A DNA stretch of 64,000 nucleotides from an uncultured Alphaproteobacteria bacterium (GTDB lineage: Bacteria > Pseudomonadota > Alphaproteobacteria > UBA9655). Position numbers and translations under genes: made by a program. Location of the stretch: the NCBI GenBank assembly GCA_963704475.1, contig OY969900.1:1301453-1365452 (forward strand), given 5' to 3'. A model generated the notes under the pieces. The model was not told the origin of the DNA, searched no databases, and worked only from the letters and a program-made list of their open reading frames with translations. Position 1 is the first letter of the stretch. Every line of letters starts with the position of its first letter. Of the stretch, positions 10,171 to 19,078 are shown in pieces.

Positions 10171-10865
10171 AAATTTTGGCCATTGATACAGCGGGATGGA
10201 GCGCTTCTGTTGCTCTTTGGGAAGATGGATGTGAGCTCGCATTTGAAGAAAATACCCAAATGCGAGACCAAGCAGTTATTTTGCCTGGTCTTGTGGAAAA
10301 TGTCCTAGAGGGTTGTCATCTCAGACTTGATCCGGGATCCCATCGGCATGGGGTCCTGAAACAAGTTCAGGATGACAGTGTGGTTCAGGATGACAACTCC
10401 GTACAGCTTATCCTCGTCAATAGAGGGCCTGGGTCTTTTACAGGGATTCGTGTAGGTCTTGCTTTTGCCAGAGGATTAGCCCTAGGATTGGCCGTTCCTT
10501 TAAAGGGGATTGATAGCTTTATGGCAACATATCAAAGCCTTAATGTGACGGAAGACGTCCTTGTCTTGCTTGAGGCCCATCGGCAGGATGTGTTTGGACG
10601 GCTTTTCCAAAAAGGACTTCCCCTAGATCCTCACAGCCTTACGCGACAAGACATAGAAAAGATCCTTGAATCCCCAACACCCCCCCTGCTTGGGGGAAGC
10701 GGGGTGCATCCTTTTTGTGAAGGACTTGTCTTTAAAGAAGCCCAATCCTCGTGGAAAGGGGCTCAAAGACTCGCTTATGCGTTTTTTAAAGACCAAACGC
10801 TGGCTCTCGAGCCTTCTCCCTTTTATGGCCGAGAAGCAGATGTAAGTTTTTCTGTGTCTTTTTAG
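10167..10865 (+). CDS. tsaB: tRNA t6A37 biosynthesis protein TsaB (YeaZ), carrying an in-frame repeat insertion
   Basis: MKILAIDTAG...SVAL start and GPGSFTGIRVG motif. About 29 extra residues (GCHLRLDPGSHRHGVLKQVQDDSVVQDDN) are encoded by a family 1 repeat. Confidence 0.85.
   Translation: MKILAIDTAGWSASVALWEDGCELAFEENTQMRDQAVILPGLVENVLEGCHLRLDPGSHRHGVLKQVQDDSVVQDDNSVQLILVNRGPGSFTGIRVGLAFARGLALGLAVPLKGIDSFMATYQSLNVTEDVLVLLEAHRQDVFGRLFQKGLPLDPHSLTRQDIEKILESPTPPLLGGSGVHPFCEGLVFKEAQSSWKGAQRLAYAFFKDQTLALEPSPFYGREADVSFSVSF
10313..10397. repeat. RPE-like palindromic element (family 1) inside the tsaB reading frame
   Basis: ttgtcatctcagacttgatccgggatcccatcggcatggggtcctgaaacaagttcaggatgacagtgtggttcaggatgacaac matches the intergenic copies. 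Confidence 0.85.
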
Positions 10866-10949
10866 TAAGTTAGATATCTTTGCTTGCCAACTACCCCTTC
10901 ACTCCGTTAGATGAGGGCAAAAGTTTTTTAAATTTGGTAAGGAGTCAAT

Positions 10950-12257
10950 GTGACTGCAGCAACTCAAACTTTTGATTCTATAAGTGTTCCTCAAGCAGGA
11001 AGTTATATTAAACGGGTTATCTGTTCATGCATGATTGGCAATGCTCTTGAATGGTATGACTTTGCTCTTTATGGGTATTTTGCCACAACCATTGGGCAAC
11101 TCTTTTTTCCAAAATTTAGCTCCTTTGCGTCGTTGATGGCCACATTTGGTATTTTTGCAGCTGGATTTGTAATGCGTCCTCTGGGGGGCATTATTTTTGG
11201 CCATATTGGCGATAAAATCGGACGAAAAACGGCATTGCTGTGGTCCATTTATTTGATGGCTATCCCCACAACTTTACTGGGTCTTCTCCCTACCTATGAA
11301 CAAATCGGGTGGCTCGCGCCGCTTCTGTTAACTTTTATTCGCTTGGCTCAAGGACTTTCTATGGGGGGTGAGTTTACAGGGTCGATGATCTTTGTGGTCG
11401 AGCACGCAGACAAAGGTAACCGAGGCCTTTACGGAAGTTGGGTTGTATTTAGCCTTCTCCTTGGTATTTTAGTAGGTTCGGCAATTGCCACAAGCACCTG
11501 TTATTTTCTTTCAGAAGAACAGCTCATGATGTGGGGATGGCGGATTCCTTTTCTCCTCAGTATTGCAGGGGGGCTTGTCGGCGTTGTCATGCGCCGTACG
11601 GTGAATGAACCTGAACAATTTGCCCAAGCTAAAAAGAAGCATAAAGAACACTCCACGCCCCTTTCTATACTTTTTAAGGACCATTTATTCACCATTGTGT
11701 ACGTTATTATTATTGAATTTGCCCTTTCCATTGGCTTTTATCTGATTGTAACTTTTATTAACAACTTTCTTACAGCCCTTCTTCATTTTGGTAAGGTTGA
11801 AAGTCTGATGATAACCACATGCAGTATGATAGCTATGGGATGCGCCATCCTTATCTCGGGGTGGCTTTCTGATAAGATTGGCCGGAAGCCTCTCTTGCTC
11901 CTAGGGACACTCGGGTTTGTTTTTTTCGCCTACCCCCTTTTCCAAGCTCTTGAAGTATCTTTTACAACAGCTCTCTTCGCACAAATGGCCTTGGCGCTTA
12001 TCTTAGGCGTTTTCTTTGCACCTCTTCCCGCTGCTTTGGTTGAGCTCTTCCCTATAACGGTGCGTTATTCCGGGCTTTCAATTGCCCACAGCATCAGTAT
12101 GGCTATCTTTGGGGGAAGTGCGCCTTTAATTGCGACGGTGCTGATTCAAATGACAGGGAATAACGCGTCCCCTGCCCTTTATTTAAGCGGCATGTGCCTT
12201 ATTTCAACGATTTTTCTTTTATTTATGAAGGATCGATATAGGTCAGAGTTGGTTTAA
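10950..12257 (+). CDS. MFS transporter, metabolite:H+ symporter family (ProP-like)
   Basis: 435 aa, about 12 TM. GNALEWYDFALYGYFA start motif and GHIGDKIGRK loop are typical of ProP/MHS-family proteins. Confidence 0.85.
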   Translation: MTAATQTFDSISVPQAGSYIKRVICSCMIGNALEWYDFALYGYFATTIGQLFFPKFSSFASLMATFGIFAAGFVMRPLGGIIFGHIGDKIGRKTALLWSIYLMAIPTTLLGLLPTYEQIGWLAPLLLTFIRLAQGLSMGGEFTGSMIFVVEHADKGNRGLYGSWVVFSLLLGILVGSAIATSTCYFLSEEQLMMWGWRIPFLLSIAGGLVGVVMRRTVNEPEQFAQAKKKHKEHSTPLSILFKDHLFTIVYVIIIEFALSIGFYLIVTFINNFLTALLHFGKVESLMITTCSMIAMGCAILISGWLSDKIGRKPLLLLGTLGFVFFAYPLFQALEVSFTTALFAQMALALILGVFFAPLPAALVELFPITVRYSGLSIAHSISMAIFGGSAPLIATVLIQMTGNNASPALYLSGMCLISTIFLLFMKDRYRSELV

Positions 12258-12656
12258 AGCGTAGTAAACACACCCCTCTCCGCAGAGAGGGCCGTTTTCT
12301 CCCATATAAGGCTTGCAGTTAGAATTATGGGGGCCGCATGTCCCTGTTTCACAGCTTCCTTCATCTGCATCGCAAAAAAGGCAGCCATCTTGCATGCATT
12401 GTCTATAAAAGCAGTCAAACCGGGCTTGAATGGGGATGGGAAGTTTTTCCATAATGACTTGCCCCTTCTCATTAAAACGAAGGCGAACAAGGTTATATTT
12501 TTTCTGCAATTTTTGTTTATCTTGTTTTTTTACTTCCCATTGACGATAAAAGCGAAAGCAGACCTCTTCTGGAGCAGGATGATGTGTAGGGAGAGTATAC
12601 GCAGCAGATTGCCCCACCGATAGAAAGACAAGACTTTTAAGAATAAGATTCTTCAC
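12243..12656 (-). CDS. hypothetical secreted Cys-rich protein
   Basis: 137 aa. GTG start preceded by AAGGAG, a signal peptide (MKNLILKSLVFLSVGQSAA), and about 10 Cys clustered in the C-terminal half. No family recognised. Confidence 0.55.
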   Translation of the reverse strand: MKNLILKSLVFLSVGQSAAYTLPTHHPAPEEVCFRFYRQWEVKKQDKQKLQKKYNLVRLRFNEKGQVIMEKLPIPIQARFDCFYRQCMQDGCLFCDADEGSCETGTCGPHNSNCKPYMGENGPLCGEGCVYYALNQL

Positions 12657-12922
12657 ACGCTTCTCCTTTTTGAGAGAAGTTATTTTCTTTTAAAAATGAC
12701 ATACTTAAAAAGATAAAAAAAGAGTTAAAATCTATGGTGCTTCAAAAAGAGATGTCCTATAACAGAAGAGCAAATATACTCAAAGATTTTAAGGAGCCGA
12801 GATTGCGCCTAAGTGGTGAGCCCGAGGAGCGTATTCTTATACGTGACCGAGGACGCATCCCGATGGGCTTTGAGACCGGAACTTGAAAGGCGAAGAGTAT
12901 CCACATCTTTAAGGAGGACCCA

Positions 12923-13384
12923 ATGGCTGGCAGTGTCAATAAAGTCATTTTAGTAGGAAATTTAGGCAAAGATCCAGAAATTCGGATGACCCAAGAAGGG
13001 GTAAAGATTGCAAATTTCTCTCTCGCAACATCTGAACAGTGGCGCGATAAAAATACGCAAGAGCGTATTGCGCGGACAGAATGGCATCGCGTTGTCATTT
13101 TTAATGAAAAACTTGCAGAAGTCGCTGAAAAATATCTCCGCAAGGGATCAAAAGTTTATATTGAAGGCCAGCTTCAAACCCGTAAATGGACAGATCAAAC
13201 GGGCCAAGAACGCTATACAACTGAAGTCGTTGTGCCTCGGTTCCGTGGCGAGATTACCATGTTAGACAGTGCGAAATCTCAAGGAGGGGGAGATGACTAT
13301 GGCTCATTTGAAACTTCTTCTTCCGCACCGCGTGAAATTGCCGCGTCTTCTGCAAGCGATATTGATGATGAAATTCCGTTTTGA
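12923..13384 (+). CDS. ssb: single-stranded DNA-binding protein
   Basis: 153 aa. [18 protein letters not shown]-fold start and an acidic C-terminal tail ending DDEIPF. Confidence 0.95.
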   Translation: MAGSVNKVILVGNLGKDPEIRMTQEGVKIANFSLATSEQWRDKNTQERIARTEWHRVVIFNEKLAEVAEKYLRKGSKVYIEGQLQTRKWTDQTGQERYTTEVVVPRFRGEITMLDSAKSQGGGDDYGSFETSSSAPREIAASSASDIDDEIPF

Positions 13385-13403
13385 GGGCTGAGAAGGTGTT
13401 AGG

Positions 13404-13545
13404 GCGTCATTGCGAGGAGCTTTGCTCCGAAGCAACCCAGTGCAAATACTCAAGCCCAAAGGGCTTTTTATTTGCCTCATTCCTACGGAATAGTTCTTTG
13501 ACTGGGTGGCTGCGTTGGGGCTACGCTCCTCCTCGCAATGACGCC
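13404..13545. repeat. MITE-like element with gtcattgcgaggagc...aagcaacccag terminal inverted repeats (family 2)
   Basis: Left arm gcgtcattgcgaggagctttgctccgaagcaacccag. The right arm actgggtggctgcgttggggctacgctcctcctcgcaatgacgcc is its near reverse complement. Confidence 0.8.
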
Positions 13546-13606
13546 GGAAAAAGCTAATTTATTTACGAGACATGCTACTAACTACTGATTAAAAAAAGGT
13601 CCACTA

Positions 13607-16288
13607 ATGCAAGAAACACCGCCCATTCCTTTTGTTAACCTCGAAGAGGAAATGAAGAATTCTTATCTCGCTTACGCCATGAGCGTAATTGTGAGCCGGG
13701 CCTTGCCTGATGTACGAGATGGCCTAAAACCCGTCCATCGCCGCATCCTCTATGCTATGCATGAATCCGGGTTTGATTACAATCGCCCCCACCGTAAATC
13801 TGCTCACATTGTGGGAGGGGTCATCGCAAAGTATCACCCTCACAGCACCGAAGCCGTCTATGATTCTATGGTCCGTATGGCCCAGGACTTCTCCATGCGT
13901 TTGCCCCTTATCGATGGACAGGGAAACTTTGGCTCCATGGATGGAGATCCCCCCGCTGCTATGCGGTATACAGAAGCACGGCTTTCAAAGCCGGCCCATT
14001 ACCTTTTGGAAGACATTGAAAAAGAAACCGTTGATTTTCAACCAAACTATGATGAATCAACGAAAGAGCCCACCGTCCTTCCCTCACGTATTCCTAACCT
14101 TCTGGTCAATGGCGCAGGGGGTATTGCGGTCGGTATGGCCACAAATATTCCTTCTCACAATCTAGGGGAAGTCATCGATGGCGTTTGTGCTCTTATTGAT
14201 AACCCTGAGTTAACCCTTGAAGAGTTGATGGAATATATCCCGGCGCCTGACTTCCCAACAGGCGGCATTATTATGGGGAAGCGCGGGATTTATAATGCTT
14301 TTAAAACAGGTCGCGGCTCTCTTGTTATTCGAAGCCGTACTCACATTGAAACACGTCAGAAAGACAGAGAAGCCATTATCGTCACAGAAGTGCCTTATCA
14401 AGTTAATAAGGCTAAAATGGTTGAACGCATTGCAGAGCTTGTCAACAATAAGGAACTTGAAGGCATTAGCGATCTAAGGGATGAATCAAACCGCTTAGGC
14501 GTTCGGGTTGTGATTGAACTCAAAAAAGATGCGATCTCTGAAGTTATCCTGAACCGTCTTTATGCGATGACGCCTCTTCAAACCAGCTTTGGGGTAAATA
14601 TGCTTGCCTTAAATGGTGGACGCCCTCAACAAATGGGCCTGAAGCAAATCCTTGAATGCTTTATTCTTTTCCGGGAAGAGGTCATCACCCGCCGGACGCG
14701 CTTTGAATTGAACAAGGCTCGCGACAGAGCGCATGTATTGGTCGGTCTTGCCCTTGCGGTAGCAAATCTGGATGACATGATTCGCCTGATTCGTAACGCG
14801 CCTGATCCTCAAACTGCACGAGAAGAAATTTTAGCCCGTGCCTGGCCTGTTCATGATGTGGCCCCTCTCATTCAGCTGATTGATGAGCCGGGCTATCCTG
14901 TTGTGGATAACACTTACAAAATGTCGGAAACCCAAGCCAGAGCCATCTTGGACTTAAGACTCCACCGTTTAACAGGTCTTGAGCGCGAAAAAATCGCCAC
15001 AGAGCTCAATGAAATTGTCGAAGAAATTAAAGAATACCTCTCTATTCTAGCCTCACGAGATAGGCGTCTTGAAATTTTACGCACTGAACTTCTTGAAATC
15101 AAAGAAAACTATGGGACCCCCCGGCGAACAACCATTGAAGAAGGCGAAGGCAGTGCAGATGAGGAAGACCTTATCCAACGCGAAGATATGGTCGTCACCG
15201 TAAGCCTCGGCGGCTATATTAAGCGCGTTCCCACAAGCACTTATCGGGCTCAAAAGCGAGGGGGCAAAGGCCGGTCCGGTATGGCTACTCGCGATGAAGA
15301 TGCGGTTATGGATGTCTTTGTTGCCAATACCCATACTCAAGTCTTGTTTTTTACAACCACAGGCCGTGTGTTTGGCATGAAGGTCTATAAGCTTCCTCTA
15401 TCAACACCTCAAGCGCGTGGGAAAGCCATTGTCAATATTTTGCCTCTTGAAATCGGGGAGAGCCTTTCTACAGTCATGCCGATGCCGGAAGATGAAGCGC
15501 AGTGGGAGAAGATGCACATCGTTTTTGCAACCTCCAAAGGTCATGTACGCCGTAACGCCCTTTCTGACTTTACCAATATCCGCGCCAATGGAAAGATTGC
15601 GATGAAGCTTGAAGAAGGGGAAAAATTGATTGCTGTTCATTCCTGTGATGAAAGCAATGATATGTTGCTCACAACCCGAGAAGGGCGGTGCATTCGCTTT
15701 AGCGTCACAGATGTACGTGAATTTGCAAGCCGCTCTTCGACAGGCGTGCGGGGTATTCGCCTTGGCAAGGCCAATGAAGTTGTCTCGATGTCTATTTTAC
15801 GTCAAATTGACTTTACCATTGATGAGCGCGATTCTTACCTAAAACAAGCAGGACGGTTACGTCGAGATGAAGAATTACCCCTTATTATTGAAGAAGGCAT
15901 TCCTCTTCCCCCAGAACGTTTCGAAGAAATGGGGAGAGCTGAAGAATTTATCCTGACCGTCAGTGAAAAAGGGTTTGGAAAGCGTTCCTCCGCCTATGAA
16001 TACCGGTGCACAAACCGTGGCGGCCAAGGCATTACCACAATGGATGTCACCTTGAAAACAGGCAAAGTAGTCGATTCCTTCCCTGTGAAGGATGACGACG
16101 ACATTATGCTTGTGACAAACACAGGCCAACTCATCCGCTGCCCTGTCCATGATATTCGCATCGCAGGCAGGCGCACCCAAGGAGTTACCCTCTTCCGCGT
16201 CGGTGCAGGCGAGACGGTTGTGTCTGTGGCTCGCCTGAGGGATGAGGATGAATCTGCTTCTGATGAGCACAGCCCGGTGGACCTCTGA
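13607..16288 (+). CDS. gyrA: DNA gyrase subunit A
   Basis: 893 aa. [12 protein letters not shown], catalytic [10 protein letters not shown] Tyr, and the GyrA-box [11 protein letters not shown] that distinguishes GyrA from ParC. Confidence 0.95.
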   Translation: MQETPPIPFVNLEEEMKNSYLAYAMSVIVSRALPDVRDGLKPVHRRILYAMHESGFDYNRPHRKSAHIVGGVIAKYHPHSTEAVYDSMVRMAQDFSMRLPLIDGQGNFGSMDGDPPAAMRYTEARLSKPAHYLLEDIEKETVDFQPNYDESTKEPTVLPSRIPNLLVNGAGGIAVGMATNIPSHNLGEVIDGVCALIDNPELTLEELMEYIPAPDFPTGGIIMGKRGIYNAFKTGRGSLVIRSRTHIETRQKDREAIIVTEVPYQVNKAKMVERIAELVNNKELEGISDLRDESNRLGVRVVIELKKDAISEVILNRLYAMTPLQTSFGVNMLALNGGRPQQMGLKQILECFILFREEVITRRTRFELNKARDRAHVLVGLALAVANLDDMIRLIRNAPDPQTAREEILARAWPVHDVAPLIQLIDEPGYPVVDNTYKMSETQARAILDLRLHRLTGLEREKIATELNEIVEEIKEYLSILASRDRRLEILRTELLEIKENYGTPRRTTIEEGEGSADEEDLIQREDMVVTVSLGGYIKRVPTSTYRAQKRGGKGRSGMATRDEDAVMDVFVANTHTQVLFFTTTGRVFGMKVYKLPLSTPQARGKAIVNILPLEIGESLSTVMPMPEDEAQWEKMHIVFATSKGHVRRNALSDFTNIRANGKIAMKLEEGEKLIAVHSCDESNDMLLTTREGRCIRFSVTDVREFASRSSTGVRGIRLGKANEVVSMSILRQIDFTIDERDSYLKQAGRLRRDEELPLIIEEGIPLPPERFEEMGRAEEFILTVSEKGFGKRSSAYEYRCTNRGGQGITTMDVTLKTGKVVDSFPVKDDDDIMLVTNTGQLIRCPVHDIRIAGRRTQGVTLFRVGAGETVVSVARLRDEDESASDEHSPVDL

Positions 16289-16425
16289 GGGAATTGCAAA
16301 ATTCACCCCACTCTTATCACCTTGGATCAAGAAAAATAGTTGTTTTCTAGTCCAAGGATCTAAAAGAGTCAAAGGATCCTCGTAAGGAGGCGAGGACGTC
16401 ATTGCGACCGAAGCGCGAAGCCAAA
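16288..16425. repeat. composite repeat remnant (family 3 end plus family 2 arm)
   Basis: gggaattgcaaaattcacccc matches the terminal repeat of the element at 46430-46594. It ends with gacgtcattgcgaccgaagcgcgaagcc, a family 2 arm. Confidence 0.5.
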
Positions 16426-16431
16426 ATCAGT

Positions 16432-17733
16432 TTATCCGTTATTTGATTGAGAAGTGGCACCATAACCCAATAACCATCTCAGTGAGCTTGAGCTGAACCA
16501 TCCGTAACCACCTTCTGATACCTCTGTGTTAATGGGGAGTTGATCTGTAGGTAATGATTTTGAATCAGAAACACCAAAATCTTCTGCGGCTAAAGCGTCT
16601 GAATCAGGACTGGGGAGTGGTGTTTGAGCTGGAGCTGTAGTTACTGATCCTGCGTCAGAAGAAGTATCGGAGGAGATTCCAGCCGGAGCTGTTGATTCTC
16701 TGTTAGGAGCATCGGCAGATAGTTGAGCGGCATCTGGAGCGGCATCTGCCGCCTTTGTCTCTTCTTGAGTAGTCCCCAACAATCCGCCGGCGAGGACAAA
16801 CCTTACAAGGTGCGCCCTAGCAATTTTTTGTGGATTCGATTGTTTCCCTCTCTCTGAGTCAGGATCCTCGTCGTGGACTGCTTGAGCTGGAGCTACTCCT
16901 TGAGTTGCAGCCACTGATCTTGGGCTAAAAACAGTGGGGCCGTTGCCTGGAGCTGGGGGGGGAGTAGTATTATCAGCAGTAGTGCCCGTACCCCTCCCGA
17001 ATAACCAATTGAAAAAGCCCGTCGTAGTCGTTTGTGATAAATTCTTTTTTTCCCCTGGTTTTTTCCCTAGTCTTAGCGATCTCAAGACACTTGTTGCTAC
17101 CTCTGAGTCGTCTACCTCTGAGTCGTTTTCTTCTACCGCTGAGGCAGAAGCTGGAGCTGTAGCTACTGATTCTGTGCCAGAAGCAGCAGTGGATTTAGGC
17201 ACGTAAACAGAAACTGTCCCTTTTTCCGGATCAAGCCCAGCAAATATCGATCCAGGGGGCAATGAAAGCATTGTAGAAACCTTCACTGTTCCATCATCTG
17301 ACCGGCCCATTAAGGTGATTGCATCCCCTTTTTTAGCCCCAATAGAAAGAACTCTCCCAATCCTAGGATCAGTACTAGGCTGAATAAAACCAACTCTATG
17401 AAACCTCACTTTTCTAGATCCATTAGTGGCAGGTTTTGCTTCATCGGATTGCTCATTATTTTGGGTAGTTTGGGATCGAGCTTCTTCTCCAGTGTTGGAT
17501 TCACCAAATTCTCCTGGAGGAGCTGTGTGAGCAACATCTGCAGGGAACGGTGCACCACCATCTTCTTCCTTAGGGGGAGCAACATCATTACCAGTCGTTT
17601 TTTGAGAAGCAATTACCATGCGTGGAATATCCAGCTCCTCTACCATTGCAGATACATCTTGAATCACCGCAACACTCGCCAAAGCCAGAAGTGCTGTGTG
17701 ACATCGATATTTTCTTGAGATCTTTTTTAACAT
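16432..17733 (-). CDS. hypothetical secreted low-complexity (S/T/A/P-rich) protein
   Basis: The ORF track gives 445 aa. The internal ATG at 17733 (MLKKISRKYRCHTALLALASVAVIQDVSA) has an AAGGA RBS and a signal peptide. The rest is mostly disordered, with one short ordered-looking segment (VRFHRVGFIQPS...VSVYVPKS). Confidence 0.6.
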   Translation of the reverse strand: MLKKISRKYRCHTALLALASVAVIQDVSAMVEELDIPRMVIASQKTTGNDVAPPKEEDGGAPFPADVAHTAPPGEFGESNTGEEARSQTTQNNEQSDEAKPATNGSRKVRFHRVGFIQPSTDPRIGRVLSIGAKKGDAITLMGRSDDGTVKVSTMLSLPPGSIFAGLDPEKGTVSVYVPKSTAASGTESVATAPASASAVEENDSEVDDSEVATSVLRSLRLGKKPGEKKNLSQTTTTGFFNWLFGRGTGTTADNTTPPPAPGNGPTVFSPRSVAATQGVAPAQAVHDEDPDSERGKQSNPQKIARAHLVRFVLAGGLLGTTQEETKAADAAPDAAQLSADAPNRESTAPAGISSDTSSDAGSVTTAPAQTPLPSPDSDALAAEDFGVSDSKSLPTDQLPINTEVSEGGYGWFSSSSLRWLLGYGATSQSNNG

Positions 17734-17947
17734 GGTAAGATTCCTTATGTGACAACTATAGGTCGACATTAATGTTAAATATAATAATATAATTTATATT
17801 AATAATGTTAATTAATATTTAAAAATAAATTTTTATTTTTGATTTAAGCGAAGGCTCAGGAGGAAGGATGATTTGATGCAACTCGTGAATTCAGGAAGAG
17901 GTTTTGACAACGCGTTTTGAAGGCGCTATATCTTTTAATACCCCAGT

Positions 17948-18031
17948 TTGTCATCCCGAACTTGATCCGGGATCTCATTGTCACGGGGTCCTGAAACAAG
18001 TTCAGGATGACAAAAGGGGGAGGATGACAAC
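17948..18031. repeat. RPE-like palindromic element (family 1), intergenic
   Basis: ttgtcatcccgaacttgatccgggatctcattgtcacggggtcctgaaacaagttcaggatgacaa...aggatgacaac. Confidence 0.85.
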
Positions 18032-18069
18032 TTATTGAATAATTTTAATTTGCTCAAAAAGGTATTCTT

Positions 18070-18690
18070 ATGCAACTTAAAGATCTTCCCAACGTTCTTC
18101 CCCTTTATGCCGTGCCAGGGGTTGTCTTATTGCCTCGGACGCAGCTTCCTTTGATGATTCAGGGATTTGAAGAACAAGCCATTGTAGAGTATGCCATGCA
18201 GACAGGGCGACGGTTTCTTGGGGTGGTTCAAGAAAATCCGGGAGGGGGGCATTTCCAAAAAGGATGCGTCGGTCGTATTACAAACTTCCGAGAAGGTCCG
18301 CGTGTATTTATTCTTCTGGAAGGGCTGTGCCGGTTTAATGTAGATGAAGTTGAAAAAGGTCTTATTACAAAGGCACGTGTAAACTATGAGGGATATGAAA
18401 AAGATTTATTAGAGATATGCTCCCCTGATCCGTTCGTTAATCGTCCTCATCTTTTGAAGCTTTTAAAAGAATATTTACACGATCAAGATATTTCCGCCAA
18501 TTGGGATGAAATTGATCATGCAAGTGACGACCTTATTTTAAACTCTCTCACAATGGCGTGTCCTTTTGGCCCTCTTGAAAAGCAAGCACTTTTGGAAAGC
18601 TCAACTCTTTCTGAACGGTGCGATATGATGATAGCGCTAATGGAGATGGCGCATGCGCCTTTCCAAGGTGACCGCCCCGTCCTTCATTGA
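18070..18690 (+). CDS. LON peptidase substrate-binding (Lon N-terminal) domain protein
   Basis: 206 aa. [33 protein letters not shown] is typical of stand-alone PF02190 proteins. Confidence 0.8.
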   Translation: MQLKDLPNVLPLYAVPGVVLLPRTQLPLMIQGFEEQAIVEYAMQTGRRFLGVVQENPGGGHFQKGCVGRITNFREGPRVFILLEGLCRFNVDEVEKGLITKARVNYEGYEKDLLEICSPDPFVNRPHLLKLLKEYLHDQDISANWDEIDHASDDLILNSLTMACPFGPLEKQALLESSTLSERCDMMIALMEMAHAPFQGDRPVLH

Positions 18691-18697
18691 GAGAAAT

Positions 18698-18892
18698 ATG
18701 AAACAAAACACGCCTCCCCTCAACCCAAAGCTTTTTAACATGCTTGCATGTCCTCTTACAAAAGGTCCTCTACGGTATAATGCGAAAAAGCATGAACTGA
18801 TCAGCCTGAAAGCAAAGCTTGCTTATCCTATTCGAGACGGCGTTCCCATTATGCTTGTTGATGAAGCGCGCGCCTTAGAGGAAGAGAAGTAG
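18698..18892 (+). CDS. Trm112/YcaR (UPF0434) family protein
   Basis: The 64-aa product from the internal ATG reads [27 protein letters not shown]...[16 protein letters not shown], the Trm112 signature. The ORF track begins at 18653. Confidence 0.8.
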   Translation: MKQNTPPLNPKLFNMLACPLTKGPLRYNAKKHELISLKAKLAYPIRDGVPIMLVDEARALEEEK

Positions 18893-19078
18893 TGTTTCAG
18901 TGTAGCTGTGTTTATTATTAAAGATTTTAATAAAAGGTAAATCTTTGGTATTGAAAAAATACTACTCTTCTGCCTTTCTGCTTTTCCAGCCTACTGCTAC
19001 ACCGCTACACGGATACCCATCACCCGCCTCTCTGAGGCGACCTCTCCCACACGGGGAGAGGTGAAGGAACCTGAATTA

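Noticed and set aside
12657-12922. A possible structured RNA or leader upstream of ssb (ggagccgagattgcgcc...cccgaggagcg...gaccgaggacgc).
   Set aside because: I could find only short, imperfect stems and direct rather than inverted repeats. No known motif was recognised, and the minus-strand ORF 12757-13143 here is antisense to ssb.
14902-14910. A perfect DnaA-box-like nonamer TGTGGATAA, which raised the question of oriC.
   Set aside because: It is a single copy inside the gyrA coding sequence, with no cluster of boxes or adjacent AT-rich unwinding element. It is most likely chance.
15875-16402. A 175-aa minus-strand ORF at the end of gyrA.
   Set aside because: It lies almost entirely antisense within the well-supported gyrA frame and runs into a repeat. 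It has no recognisable motif.
17808-17822. A CtrA-box-like TTAA-N7-TTAA (ttaattaatatttaa) upstream of the 445-aa gene.
   Set aside because: The surrounding 60 bp are almost pure A/T, so this pattern is expected by chance. It is not supportable without comparative or ChIP data.
19030-19066. The hairpin gacctctcccacacggggagaggtgaagg at the annotated addB GTG start, considered as a possible further repeat family.
   Set aside because: Only one copy is seen in this window, so I cannot distinguish a repeat from a simple terminator or attenuator hairpin for the upstream Trm112 gene.
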